64,000 bases of DNA from Candidatus Woesearchaeota archaeon. GTDB lineage: Archaea > Nanobdellota > Nanobdellia > Woesearchaeales > JASKKU01. Both the position numbers and the translations under genes were made by a program. The notes under the pieces were generated by a model that saw only the letters and a program-made list of their open reading frames with translations, was not told the DNA's origin and did no database searches. Below, piece after piece: positions 41,801 through 50,283 of this stretch (position 1 is its first letter; each line of letters opens with the position of its first letter). The stretch is from the NCBI GenBank assembly GCA_030154045.1, contig JASKKU010000002.1:7663-71662 (forward strand), given 5' to 3'.

Positions 41801-42037
41801 TCACCGAACTTTGATAATATAGAGTCTGTTTCAAAAATCCAAGAAGATGAAGGCCTGAAAGCGGTGTCTAAAATTAATAACCAAGATTTGGCTCAAAATG
41901 TAGATTCTCAAACTTTAAATAAAATCTTGCAAGAAATTGATTTGCACCTGTCTCAAAACAATTTAGATGAAGCAGATAAAATAATTAGAGAAGCAAGCAA
42001 GTTGATTAATGCGAAGGAATCTTTTGAAAGCCATTAA
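38879..42037 (+). CDS. large low-complexity coiled-coil protein (1052 aa), hypothetical
   Basis: It is K/E/Q/N-rich with long heptad-like stretches (KQLLEKERELLEKKIELLKRKRELEREN). No TM helix is seen. The terminal segments are similar (DDAEKIIMKARNLIKNN / DEADKIIREASKLINAK). Confidence 0.45.
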   Translation: MGGFGFFGRKSLPDLDEEIDLDKLSSPNDSELLNELKKELEELKKQQPEKQSAKKIKTSNKIKDFKSIVEIEYFLKEIDDAFFKQNMDIIKQKIIEFIDKVLPETALSFEISLLGDKGKLLNKIHVIREVYGDLTLGKSRTSKSEAKQKKEAVETNPKDNEDKKPSIKFKTDEDENAVNGVEAKGNIDFDKQAEAIHILRLVDPKEAIKLDSKNIRSLEELKSFIETLPEKKFNLLVLPLNRRKNIANWIEHVIGYPELAEKLMLCETRDEIHSVLDEMYERVKDLVVYGKINSEEENVNLLPDSDSNELESDKPSTENTNKDSDLDKESQKNNMNIKTPILKSESNAELEDENFQEVSELDQQNENNLSRILEQLPLLSEEQFKQKRPEIFNIFLKNKISKKELLLFVKCKTKDEFAQTLEEFLYSRPEFENSLKKLTKDETTSLEKELSSILALTQIKESISDEAPIEETNQPETQQKTKKRSIFKFGTEKKTDAVASNQKSPKLNPEPQLDSQLVLQDDLSNIKRQTTLNQKVGNKQNPKLENAFSGSIKSYDSNTASRLKDDENFFDYVSQLKQELEVMKEKNLDLNVLPPPTLDDKAQPSQFEKGLFDLVKPEVNESLFDAKERSVEKISQQDTFTKTKDELINTLMSDKPDTKQAFKEQNTQQIKGLGLDNIGFNHQAEEIKETVKINSLEEFEKQLLEKERELLEKKIELLKRKRELERENLNKLMQNIELQDALLSKLSEERPSIEDNFETKSQNQGLSNEQKTKTLADNKLKTQSLSIQEAHQGAKVVKPENSNELFEVKKAIDEIQKTVSEINRKLTSTEKEDLFNQSNVTIKTFKESARDTTKNNEQILNNADEFSLDDLISLVDNFLGRDSFDDAEKIIMKARNLIKNNRTLNSKRESNNKTLATKTTTHQFKTVEASSQSSKSQKSLDAFKVGQESKTQESKTKDNSELNSKTENLVQESSSPNFDNIESVSKIQEDEGLKAVSKINNQDLAQNVDSQTLNKILQEIDLHLSQNNLDEADKIIREASKLINAKESFESH

Positions 42038-42154
42038 AGATAAATAAATTAGGTGCTTTAAGTCTTAAATATCCTGTTTGACTTTTTTTGACAAGCTATT
42101 TAAGAAGAAATATTTAAAAAGAAGGCTTTACCTTTAAACCACTAGCTTTGGAGT

Positions 42155-45100
42155 TTGGGTCTGATTCAAATGAAACTTTTTGGAAATAAAAAAGTATTCT
42201 TATTCTTTTTGTTAATTTTTATAACACTGCTGTTTTTATTTACCATAATTTCTCAATCTAATTTTGCCGTGGCAGGCTGCTGTTTAAACCCTGATAGCGA
42301 TTACCTCTGCCAAGATGTAAGTGTATCAGATTGTTGTAGTAATGATTATTCCTGTCAACAGACCTATTCTGAGAGCAATTGTGATTCTCTTCCTGAATGT
42401 GAACCTGTTTGTTGTTGTCATTATGATGAAAATGGCGTTGAAAGCTCGGCGGTTGTTCTTAACATCAGTTGTGATGGAAACAAGTTTGCGCTTTCAGGAA
42501 AGTCTTGTTCAGACATTTGTAATGATAACAAACCTGTGCCTGTTAGTGACGATTGTAATTTAAGTACGAACCCGCTTTCAAAAATAAACGTTGATTTTGA
42601 CCTATCAGGATATCCTAGAAAAATACTTTTAAATTGGGAAGATCCCTGTTTTGGCGAAGTCCTTTATTATAATGTTTCTCGTATTGACCTTGAATCCCGG
42701 ACACAAGAGCATTTGGATAACGTTATGCAAACTTCATATACAGATACTACCTTTAATTTTTTAACCAAATATCAATATAACATTACCGCAGTATATTCTA
42801 CCAATAAAGTCTACACAATACTCTCTGATACAATAAATACAGGCAATATTGAATGCTGGATGGCTCCTCCAGGAGCGTTTTGTATAGATTTTCCGTATTA
42901 TCTAAAGTACACGGGTTATTTTGGATATGATAATCAAGAAGCTTTCTCAAATTTTTTACAACAGGAGGGTTATGCTGAGAATTATAATGCTGCGTATAGA
43001 TGCGAAGGTCGGGATCTGAAATTAATACAAGATTGTGGTCGCAGTGGAAAGTTTTGTGTAATAGGAAGTAGTGGCGAACCAATATGCTCTGAAGCTAAGG
43101 ATTGTTCTACATATAATTATGATTTAGGATTAAATCCTGATAAAGAAGACTGTGAAAACAATGCAGGCTGTTATTTTGACTCTGGTGAGGGCTTGGGCGG
43201 CTTATGCTTATCTTGTGATGCTAGTTATTTAGACAGAACTTGCTATTCGTATAGGTCTAAGGAAGCGTGTGAAAAAGATCTATGTAGTTTTGCAGTTTCT
43301 ACAGGTGGGTGCGAATGGGTCTCTTTAAATGATGAATTAGGTTTGGGTGTTTGTATAGATAAATCAAACATCAATTGCAAGGATTGTAATTTATATCTTA
43401 AGGACTTGCCTTATCAGACTTGTGAAGACCTCTATAAAGAGGATAGCAGATTTTCAGGGTGCGCAATTTGTGGAATAATTGATAGTTGCACGCAGTATAA
43501 TAATAGCAACTTATGTATAGGTGGCCAAGAAGCTCAAATTGATTTAACAACACACAAGATTATACCTAGTGCCGACTTCTGTGGTTTAGGTGTCTGCGAT
43601 TATTTTGAGACTGATTCGACATGTGCTAAAAATATTGATTTAGACCCTGATGAAAGGGATTGTAACAAAGGAGGTTCAAATGAGCGGGAGCAATGTGAAA
43701 AAGATATTTTTGTTCCACAAGTTAAGTTAAAACTAGATTTTGACAAAGATGATTTTGAATTAGGCAAGAATATAACATTTATTGTCTCTGATAGACGAGA
43801 ATCAGAGACAGTTAACTTCTTTAGTTCTGGAGAAGTTCTCAGTGATGGCTATGCTCTATATCTTTGTGTAGGCTCTGATTGTTTCACCAAAGACCATTTG
43901 AGTTGGAAATCTTTTGATAAAACTTCTGTTTCATCCTGTGATTTAATCTCAGCAGGGCTAAATGTTCATACTTCTAATCCTCAGACACTATACTATTTTG
44001 TTAAAGACCCTTCAGGCAATGTTGCTGAAGTTCAATCTTTGAATATTGTAATAAATGCAACAAGAGTTTGTAAACCAGGAGATACTAGACCTTGCCCAAA
44101 ACAGCAAGGTGTATGTAATGGTGCTATCCAGCATTGTAATCTTGTTTGTCCCGCAGAGAATATTGGTTTTTATTCAAGGGATTGTTCTTTTGAGGAATAC
44201 TCAGATAATACCAATGGTCCGTACGAAGCTTTTGAAACAACTGTAGACGGTTTAGATAACGACTGTGACGGCTTGATTGATGAAGGTGCTAAGAAAGAAG
44301 TATTGTGTAATGGTATTGATGATAATGGTGATGGTCGAGTTGATGAAGGCTATCCTGATTTTGACGGGGACAACAACCCTGAAATTTGTGATTACAATAA
44401 TTTTGATGTTAGTAAAGATAGTGAGGGTCACATAATACACCATCCAAAAATAAAACAAGGAATTAACTTGACAAAATATGGTTATAGATACAATGCAAAA
44501 TATTGTGGCGCTGATTGTGTTGATTTAGATGCTGATAATGATGCAATTGTTGATTCTACTTCCACAGGCGAACCTATTGATAAAGAGAACACTACAAAAG
44601 TTGGCTGTATAGTTATCACTTCAGGTCCTTTTAAAGGGGTTGCAAAGGATTCAGACCAAGATGGTATTTGTGATGGTCTTGATAACTGCGTTAATGTAAA
44701 CCCTGATTGTGCAGTTGAAGGTTACAATTCTCCAAACAAGGACCTTATAGGATGCCCTGTAGATTGTAAAAGCGAGAGCTGTCTTGGAGAACCATACTGC
44801 CAAGAACAATGCAATTGTGATTCCTGTGCTGATTTTTATGGTATGTCCTCTTGTGATTATGCACACTGCACTTTGGGTTGTGGATGTTATTTTCAAACAG
44901 CAACCACTACATGTATGGATTGCTCTTTTGTGACTTCATGTGAAAAATACAATGATGCGCAAAGTTGCAGGAGCAATTCGTGTCATTTGTTGTCCAAATG
45001 TGAATGGAGTGATAGTATAGGTTGTTATACTGATAATGATAATGATGGGATTCCAGATGATAAAGACCCTTGTCCTTTTGATTCGCAAAATGACGCTGAT

Positions 45101-48100
45101 GGCGATGGTTTTTGCTGGAAGGAATCGAATTCTAATCTAGTTGGGAAGACTGTAGATGTTAATGGTAGAACTTTTGTCTTAAAAGGAGGGTTTGATTGCG
45201 ATGACAATAATGATGAAATTTATCCTAGAACAGACTTTGTTGAAGGTAACGAGTCTTTGTGCGATTTTAAGGATAATGATTGTGATGGCTTAATTGATGA
45301 AGGTTGTCCTTGTGTTAAAGGAGACTTTAGGTCTTGTGGTAATCCGTTTTTAGACTATTCGGAGTTCTCGAAATGTAATCGAGGTATACAATATTGTATT
45401 GATGGGGTTTGGTCTGATAATTGTTCGGGGTTTAAAGGTCCAGAAATTGATAACGAGGCTGAACAAAATTTTAAGAGTACTAAGTATTGTGATGGTTTTG
45501 ATAATGACTGCAATGGTCTTATAGATGATAAATGCCCTTGCTTGCCTGATGAGACGATTCCTTGCGGTACTGATTTGGGCGTATGCAGTTTTGGTTATAG
45601 AAAATGCGGCGATGACTTGAGGTTTGAAGACAAATGTGTTTATACAAACGATTCCCAAAAACCTCAAAAGGAAATCTGTGGTAATTATCTAGATGATGAT
45701 TGTGATGGTTCCATAGATGAAGGTTGTCCATGTGTCGAAGGTCAAACAATGTCTTGTCCTGATTCAACTTCTTTAGTTTTTTCAAACTCTCAGAATGCTT
45801 ATACATCTGTTTTTAACTCGGCATGCAGACAAGGCGTACAAAAATGTATCTCAGGAGTTTGGACTACCTGTGACGGTTTTGTAGGCCCTCAAGTGATGGT
45901 AGAAGACCCTTCAACAAATCCTCAACTGTGCGATTCTAAGGATAATAATTGTGATGGCTTAATTGATGAAGGTTGTAGCTGTTATTCTAATCAGAGCTGT
46001 GCAACCAATTGCGGTTGGGGAACTCAGGAGTGTGAAGCCGGGATTTATTCAGATGAATGTATTGGCGCAAGAGTTCCTTCTGCTGAAAAGTTAGATAATG
46101 TAGATAATGATTGTGATGGTTTGATTGATGAAGGTTTCCCTGAAAAATACTGCGATGGCAGAGATGATGATGGTGACGGTTGGGTTGATGACGGCTGCCC
46201 TGATTTTGATGGGGATAATGACCCAAGGATTTGTGACTTTTCAAATCCTCTACAAGATAAAGAAGGGAAGATTCACTTTAAGACAAAAGACAAGAAGTAT
46301 TACTGTGGCGCAGATGCAATCGATTTAGATAAAGATAATGATGGAGTGTTAGATGATTCAGACAGAGACCCTTCAACTCCTTTAGGATGTGAAGTTAATC
46401 GGGATAATGGGATTGCCATAGACACTGATGGAGACGGTATCTGTGATGGCCTTGATAAATGCCAGGAAAGTTTGCCAGGTTGCCCTGTTTATGGCTATGA
46501 CTCTTCAGATAAGGATGTTATAGGTTGTCCTAAGGACTGCGCAAATTCTAAGTGTATAACTTCAAGTTATTGTAAGTGTCCATCGTGTGATGTTTGTGAG
46601 GAATCTTTCTTAATGCCACAGGGTTGCCAGCCGTTGCAATGCTCTTACTGTGCTATGGGACAGTGCGCAATTTCTGAGGTTGGTGAGTCTGAACAATGTA
46701 CTTCTTGTACAAACATAAAAAGTTGCGAAGGTTATATTACTGAAGAAGATTGTAATCGCAATCCTTGTTTAACAAATGTTTCTTGCGTGTGGAATGGTAC
46801 AAACTGCTTGCTAGATACTGATGGGGATGGTTTAGCAGATAATATTGATCCTTGTCCGCAGGATAAATTGAACGATAACGATGGTGATGGTTATTGTGCA
46901 CACCAAGCAAACGATGACTTTGTAAAAAGAGGGGAATTGTTTGGAGGAAACGATTGCAATGATAATGATGCTAGTATTCACATAGGCTGTGGTTGTATTG
47001 TTGATAAAGACAATGATGGGTATGGTCAAGGTTGCTTATGGGGCCAAGATTGTGATGATACTGATCCAGAAAAAAATACACATTGTGACAACGGTTGTAT
47101 TGAAGATATGGACGGTGATGGCTTTGGTAGAGGTTGCTCAGCAGGCCCTGATTGTGATGACTCTAATGCTACGATAACTAATCAATGTGATCCCAGTGTG
47201 TTTTGTTCAAATGGTTACTTAGATAATGATGAGAGTGATATAGATTGTGGTGGAATTTGCGAGCCTTGTGATGCGGGTAAAAAATGTAAAACTGATTCAG
47301 ATTGTAAATCAAATATTTGTAACCGCGGTTTATGTTATGATGAAGAATTATGCACCAATGGAATAAAAGACGATTTTGAATCGGATGTGGATTGTGGTGG
47401 ACCTTGTAATCTTTGCCAGAATGGACAGAGCTGTATTAGTGATTTAGATTGTAAATCAAACAATTGCGTTAATGGAGTATGTTCAATACCTACTTGCGAT
47501 GATAACAAGAGAAACCAGGATGAAACTGACGTAGATTGTGGAGGGCATATCTGTAAACCTTGCGATATTGGAAAGCATTGCAAAGCAAACAGCGATTGCA
47601 TCTCATCAAAATGCGATCAAGATACTCAAAAATGTATCCCTTCAAAAGAAACTTCGGTAACAAAAAAAGATTCAGATGGAGATGGAATGCCTGATTATTG
47701 GGAATTAAAATATGGTTTGAATCCAAATGATGGCTCTGATGCTGATTTAGATTTAGACAAAGATGGTTTGTTTAATTATAAGGAATACATTCTAAACCTA
47801 GATCCAACAAATCCAGATACTGATGGCGACGGAATTAAAGACGGAAAAGAAGTTGATAAAGGTCTAGACCCAAGAGTTCCAGATAAAAGAGGACCTCTCG
47901 GATTGATTATTTCACTAATAATCTTATTGACTGGTGGCGGCTTAGGTTATGTATATCGGGATAAATTATGGTTCTGGCTTAATAAGTACGGTATTACAGA
48001 TTTTGTCTATAAAGCTCTTAAAAAATCAGGAATTTTAGACTTTGTTTATCTAAAATTGCTCAAAAAGACACCGCCAACGCTTGAAGCAATAAAGAAAGTA

Positions 48101-48328
48101 AAGACTCCAAAAACAACACAAAATATAAACATTAACGAAAAACAAAAAGTGATTAAATCTAAACCTGCTCAAGTAAAACCTGCTCCGATTCAGCCGAAAA
48201 AGCCAAAAGTCTCTGAAAAACTTGAAAAGAAAATTAAAGAAAAGTCCAAGATATTTGACGCTTTTGAAACAGAAGATACTGAAAAAAATAAAAAAGATGA
48301 GGATCTGTTTAAGGAGTTTGAAAAATGA
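42155..48328 (+). CDS. giant cysteine-rich cell-surface protein (2057 aa): signal peptide, MopE-like DNDCDGLIDEG repeats, thrombospondin-type-3-like Ca-binding repeats, C-terminal TM anchor
   Basis: An N-terminal signal/TM sequence (VFLFFLLIFITLLFLF) is followed by a Cys-dense ectodomain. The ectodomain has six DNDCDGLIDEG motifs, D-x-D-x-DG-x-C-D-G-L-D-x-C repeats (DQDGICDGLDNCVNVNPDC), and DSDGDGMPDYWELKYGLNPND..DTDGDGIKDG. A TM helix (LGLIISLIILLTGGGLGYVY) and a K/P-rich tail follow. Confidence 0.7.
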   Translation: MGLIQMKLFGNKKVFLFFLLIFITLLFLFTIISQSNFAVAGCCLNPDSDYLCQDVSVSDCCSNDYSCQQTYSESNCDSLPECEPVCCCHYDENGVESSAVVLNISCDGNKFALSGKSCSDICNDNKPVPVSDDCNLSTNPLSKINVDFDLSGYPRKILLNWEDPCFGEVLYYNVSRIDLESRTQEHLDNVMQTSYTDTTFNFLTKYQYNITAVYSTNKVYTILSDTINTGNIECWMAPPGAFCIDFPYYLKYTGYFGYDNQEAFSNFLQQEGYAENYNAAYRCEGRDLKLIQDCGRSGKFCVIGSSGEPICSEAKDCSTYNYDLGLNPDKEDCENNAGCYFDSGEGLGGLCLSCDASYLDRTCYSYRSKEACEKDLCSFAVSTGGCEWVSLNDELGLGVCIDKSNINCKDCNLYLKDLPYQTCEDLYKEDSRFSGCAICGIIDSCTQYNNSNLCIGGQEAQIDLTTHKIIPSADFCGLGVCDYFETDSTCAKNIDLDPDERDCNKGGSNEREQCEKDIFVPQVKLKLDFDKDDFELGKNITFIVSDRRESETVNFFSSGEVLSDGYALYLCVGSDCFTKDHLSWKSFDKTSVSSCDLISAGLNVHTSNPQTLYYFVKDPSGNVAEVQSLNIVINATRVCKPGDTRPCPKQQGVCNGAIQHCNLVCPAENIGFYSRDCSFEEYSDNTNGPYEAFETTVDGLDNDCDGLIDEGAKKEVLCNGIDDNGDGRVDEGYPDFDGDNNPEICDYNNFDVSKDSEGHIIHHPKIKQGINLTKYGYRYNAKYCGADCVDLDADNDAIVDSTSTGEPIDKENTTKVGCIVITSGPFKGVAKDSDQDGICDGLDNCVNVNPDCAVEGYNSPNKDLIGCPVDCKSESCLGEPYCQEQCNCDSCADFYGMSSCDYAHCTLGCGCYFQTATTTCMDCSFVTSCEKYNDAQSCRSNSCHLLSKCEWSDSIGCYTDNDNDGIPDDKDPCPFDSQNDADGDGFCWKESNSNLVGKTVDVNGRTFVLKGGFDCDDNNDEIYPRTDFVEGNESLCDFKDNDCDGLIDEGCPCVKGDFRSCGNPFLDYSEFSKCNRGIQYCIDGVWSDNCSGFKGPEIDNEAEQNFKSTKYCDGFDNDCNGLIDDKCPCLPDETIPCGTDLGVCSFGYRKCGDDLRFEDKCVYTNDSQKPQKEICGNYLDDDCDGSIDEGCPCVEGQTMSCPDSTSLVFSNSQNAYTSVFNSACRQGVQKCISGVWTTCDGFVGPQVMVEDPSTNPQLCDSKDNNCDGLIDEGCSCYSNQSCATNCGWGTQECEAGIYSDECIGARVPSAEKLDNVDNDCDGLIDEGFPEKYCDGRDDDGDGWVDDGCPDFDGDNDPRICDFSNPLQDKEGKIHFKTKDKKYYCGADAIDLDKDNDGVLDDSDRDPSTPLGCEVNRDNGIAIDTDGDGICDGLDKCQESLPGCPVYGYDSSDKDVIGCPKDCANSKCITSSYCKCPSCDVCEESFLMPQGCQPLQCSYCAMGQCAISEVGESEQCTSCTNIKSCEGYITEEDCNRNPCLTNVSCVWNGTNCLLDTDGDGLADNIDPCPQDKLNDNDGDGYCAHQANDDFVKRGELFGGNDCNDNDASIHIGCGCIVDKDNDGYGQGCLWGQDCDDTDPEKNTHCDNGCIEDMDGDGFGRGCSAGPDCDDSNATITNQCDPSVFCSNGYLDNDESDIDCGGICEPCDAGKKCKTDSDCKSNICNRGLCYDEELCTNGIKDDFESDVDCGGPCNLCQNGQSCISDLDCKSNNCVNGVCSIPTCDDNKRNQDETDVDCGGHICKPCDIGKHCKANSDCISSKCDQDTQKCIPSKETSVTKKDSDGDGMPDYWELKYGLNPNDGSDADLDLDKDGLFNYKEYILNLDPTNPDTDGDGIKDGKEVDKGLDPRVPDKRGPLGLIISLIILLTGGGLGYVYRDKLWFWLNKYGITDFVYKALKKSGILDFVYLKLLKKTPPTLEAIKKVKTPKTTQNININEKQKVIKSKPAQVKPAPIQPKKPKVSEKLEKKIKEKSKIFDAFETEDTEKNKKDEDLFKEFEK
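44305..45115 (+). repeat. internal duplication copy A within the giant surface-protein gene
   Basis: Protein segment CNGIDDNGDGRVDEGYPDFDGDNNPEICDY...DADGDGFC is collinear with segment CDGRDDDGDGWVDDGCPDFDGDNDPRICDF...DNDGDGYC of copy B. Confidence 0.6.
46151..46898 (+). repeat. internal duplication copy B within the giant surface-protein gene
   Basis: See copy A. Shared blocks are YCGADxxDLDxDND, DxDGICDGLDxC, GYxSxxKDxIGCPxDC and DxDPCPxD. Confidence 0.6.
47204..47640 (+). repeat. three tandem ~45-aa Cys-rich repeats (D-x-D-C-G-G-x-C-x-x-C ... S-D-C-x-S-x-x-C)
   Basis: The three units are CSNGYLDNDESDIDCGGICEPCDAGKKCKTDSDCKSNICNRGLC, CTNGIKDDFESDVDCGGPCNLCQNGQSCISDLDCKSNNCVNGVC and CDDNKRNQDETDVDCGGHICKPCDIGKHCKANSDCISSKCDQDTQKC. 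Confidence 0.65.
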
Positions 48329-48780
48329 AAAAGGCAGCAATACAACTAAGTTTTGGATTAGTTCTTACAATACTTATTATCGTTGCAATCTTTTTTGTTG
48401 CACTGAAAGGTATTTCAGTATTGATGTCTAATGTATCTCAAATGCAAAAAGACCAATTTGTTTCTGATCTCACAAGTTTTTACAAGCAAACCCTGAGACT
48501 GCCTTCAGGTTCATCCATTCCAGTTAAAATCAGTTCAAAATTTGATACACTTTGCTTTTATAATAAAAATGGTGATGGTTCTTTAAATAATCTGGCGCCT
48601 TATGAAGATGTTCTCACTATAGAAACAAAAAACGTCTTTGGAATATATCGTGGCAAACTTATTCCATTAACCTCTTTTTCTTTAGCAACTCCAAAAAAAG
48701 AGGTTTGTTTTAATAGAACTACCTCAGGCCTGTTTAATTTCACAATGATTTCAAAAGGCGATAGTATAGACATAAAATGA
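48325..48780 (+). CDS. small secreted/membrane protein with a class III (type IV pilin-like) signal-peptide-like N-terminus
   Basis: The N-terminus is MKKAAIQLSFGLVLTILIIVAIFFVA: a short basic tip, a QLSF motif, then a hydrophobic helix. The start overlaps the stop of the giant gene (ATGA). Confidence 0.4.
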   Translation: MKKAAIQLSFGLVLTILIIVAIFFVALKGISVLMSNVSQMQKDQFVSDLTSFYKQTLRLPSGSSIPVKISSKFDTLCFYNKNGDGSLNNLAPYEDVLTIETKNVFGIYRGKLIPLTSFSLATPKKEVCFNRTTSGLFNFTMISKGDSIDIK

Positions 48781-49811
48781 AATTGTTTAAGAAATCTGCA
48801 TTACAAATCTCATTTAATCTTATTGTATCCATACTTATTGCAATTGTAGTGTTTATTGTAATCTTTAAGACAAGCCAAGTCTTTTTAGATTATGCTCATA
48901 AAAAAGGTTCTTTTGATGCGTTTACTTATCTTGAATTGAATTTAAAGAATCTTTATAGCGAATCCGATTATGTAAAAGCAATAGAATTAGATAAACCAAC
49001 ACAGATCTCAGTTATTTATCCAAACATAGTTATCCCAAGGATTGAAAAAACAATTGATATCAATAATAAACTCATAATTGCACCTGCAAATATGTTCACA
49101 TCATCATTAACTTTGTTCAGCAAGAAATCTGAGTTTCCAATAGATTCCATAAATTATTTGTTTATCTTTCCTAAGGACAAATACTTGTTGCTTTACAATT
49201 CTTCAGATAAGCTAACAGAGATTGTAAACTCAGAGTTGCCTGATAAAATAACCAATTTAGAAAAAAAAGATGAATATTTAATTCATAAATTCATAGTTGA
49301 TAAACCTCTTGAGATTTCCCAGATTTGTGGTAAAAAGGATTACTGCCTCGTGATTGTATTTAACTCCCCTTCAACTTATGATGATTTATTAAATATATTT
49401 AAAGACTATAGGACCCTTGAAATTCTACACGTTTCAGGCAATGAAACTTTTGGTAAAGTAACTTTGGCTTCAGGCCAGAATGTAAGTTACTTCGATAGAT
49501 ATACTTTACTTTCTGCAATAATCAGTAATAATTTTGAGAACTATAATGAATTTATTAAGACTTTAGATAAATATGTTAACTTGACTTTTTTAGTAGAATC
49601 TAAAAGGTTGTCTTATCTGTTTGATTTACAGCCTACTGAATTATGTAAAAATTTAACTCAAGATTTAAACAATACTTTATTTAATATAACAAGACTTATG
49701 AATTCTTTAAGTAATGATATTAACGATAATATTTTTTCAGAACTTCACGGAAATCATTCAAAAGTTTTAGAAATAAATTATAAGCTAAAAGAAAATGATT
49801 GCTACGAATAA
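48777..49811 (+). CDS. pilin-like/N-terminally anchored protein (344 aa)
   Basis: The N-terminus is MKLFKKSALQISFNLIVSILIAIVVFIVIF, the same KK-[AS]A-[IL]Q-[LI]SF pattern as the preceding gene. An ATGA overlap is present. Confidence 0.4.
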   Translation: MKLFKKSALQISFNLIVSILIAIVVFIVIFKTSQVFLDYAHKKGSFDAFTYLELNLKNLYSESDYVKAIELDKPTQISVIYPNIVIPRIEKTIDINNKLIIAPANMFTSSLTLFSKKSEFPIDSINYLFIFPKDKYLLLYNSSDKLTEIVNSELPDKITNLEKKDEYLIHKFIVDKPLEISQICGKKDYCLVIVFNSPSTYDDLLNIFKDYRTLEILHVSGNETFGKVTLASGQNVSYFDRYTLLSAIISNNFENYNEFIKTLDKYVNLTFLVESKRLSYLFDLQPTELCKNLTQDLNNTLFNITRLMNSLSNDINDNIFSELHGNHSKVLEINYKLKENDCYE

Positions 49812-50283
49812 AAGCCAAATAAAAAGCATACAAACATTTTTTTTGGTATTCTTTTTTATAATTATACTTGTAATTATTTTGTTAATTGTTTTTCAGAATA
49901 TTTACTCTTCTAATTTAAAATCGTCCAATGACCTTTTGTCAAAGATGGCTTTACAGAAAGCAATCGCAATTACAAAATTCCCTTTGTTTGTAAATCAAGA
50001 AAATGAGTTTTTTGATATCTATCGAGTTAAAGCTTATCTTGATTTAAAAGAATCTCATCCAGAGCTTGAGTCTTGGTTGGAAGCAAATTTTGGAGACAGC
50101 ATTGTTGAGCTTGTATTGTTAGATGACAGCTTAGACCCTAGAGAAGAATTTTTGATATACAATCACACACCTGTTAATTTTAAAAAGGATGTTGCGTTGA
50201 AATTTCAATTGCCTATTTTAGTATATAATTCGACTCTAAGAAAATCAACTTTAGGTTTGCTTAATATCACGCTTTTTGAGTGA
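49795..50283 (+). CDS. small N-terminally anchored protein (162 aa), possible minor pilin-like
   Basis: The N-terminus is MIATNKSQIKSIQTFFLVFFFIIILVIILLIVF. It overlaps the previous gene by 17 nt. Confidence 0.3.
   Translation: MIATNKSQIKSIQTFFLVFFFIIILVIILLIVFQNIYSSNLKSSNDLLSKMALQKAIAITKFPLFVNQENEFFDIYRVKAYLDLKESHPELESWLEANFGDSIVELVLLDDSLDPREEFLIYNHTPVNFKKDVALKFQLPILVYNSTLRKSTLGLLNITLFE

Noticed and set aside
42321-48340. Numerous short ORFs on both strands inside the giant surface-protein gene (for example 42798-43082, 45350-45806, 48050-48340)
   Set aside because: All are embedded in or antisense to the continuous 6.2 kb reading frame. They have no start context or motifs and are artefacts of the Cys- and Asp-codon-rich repeats.
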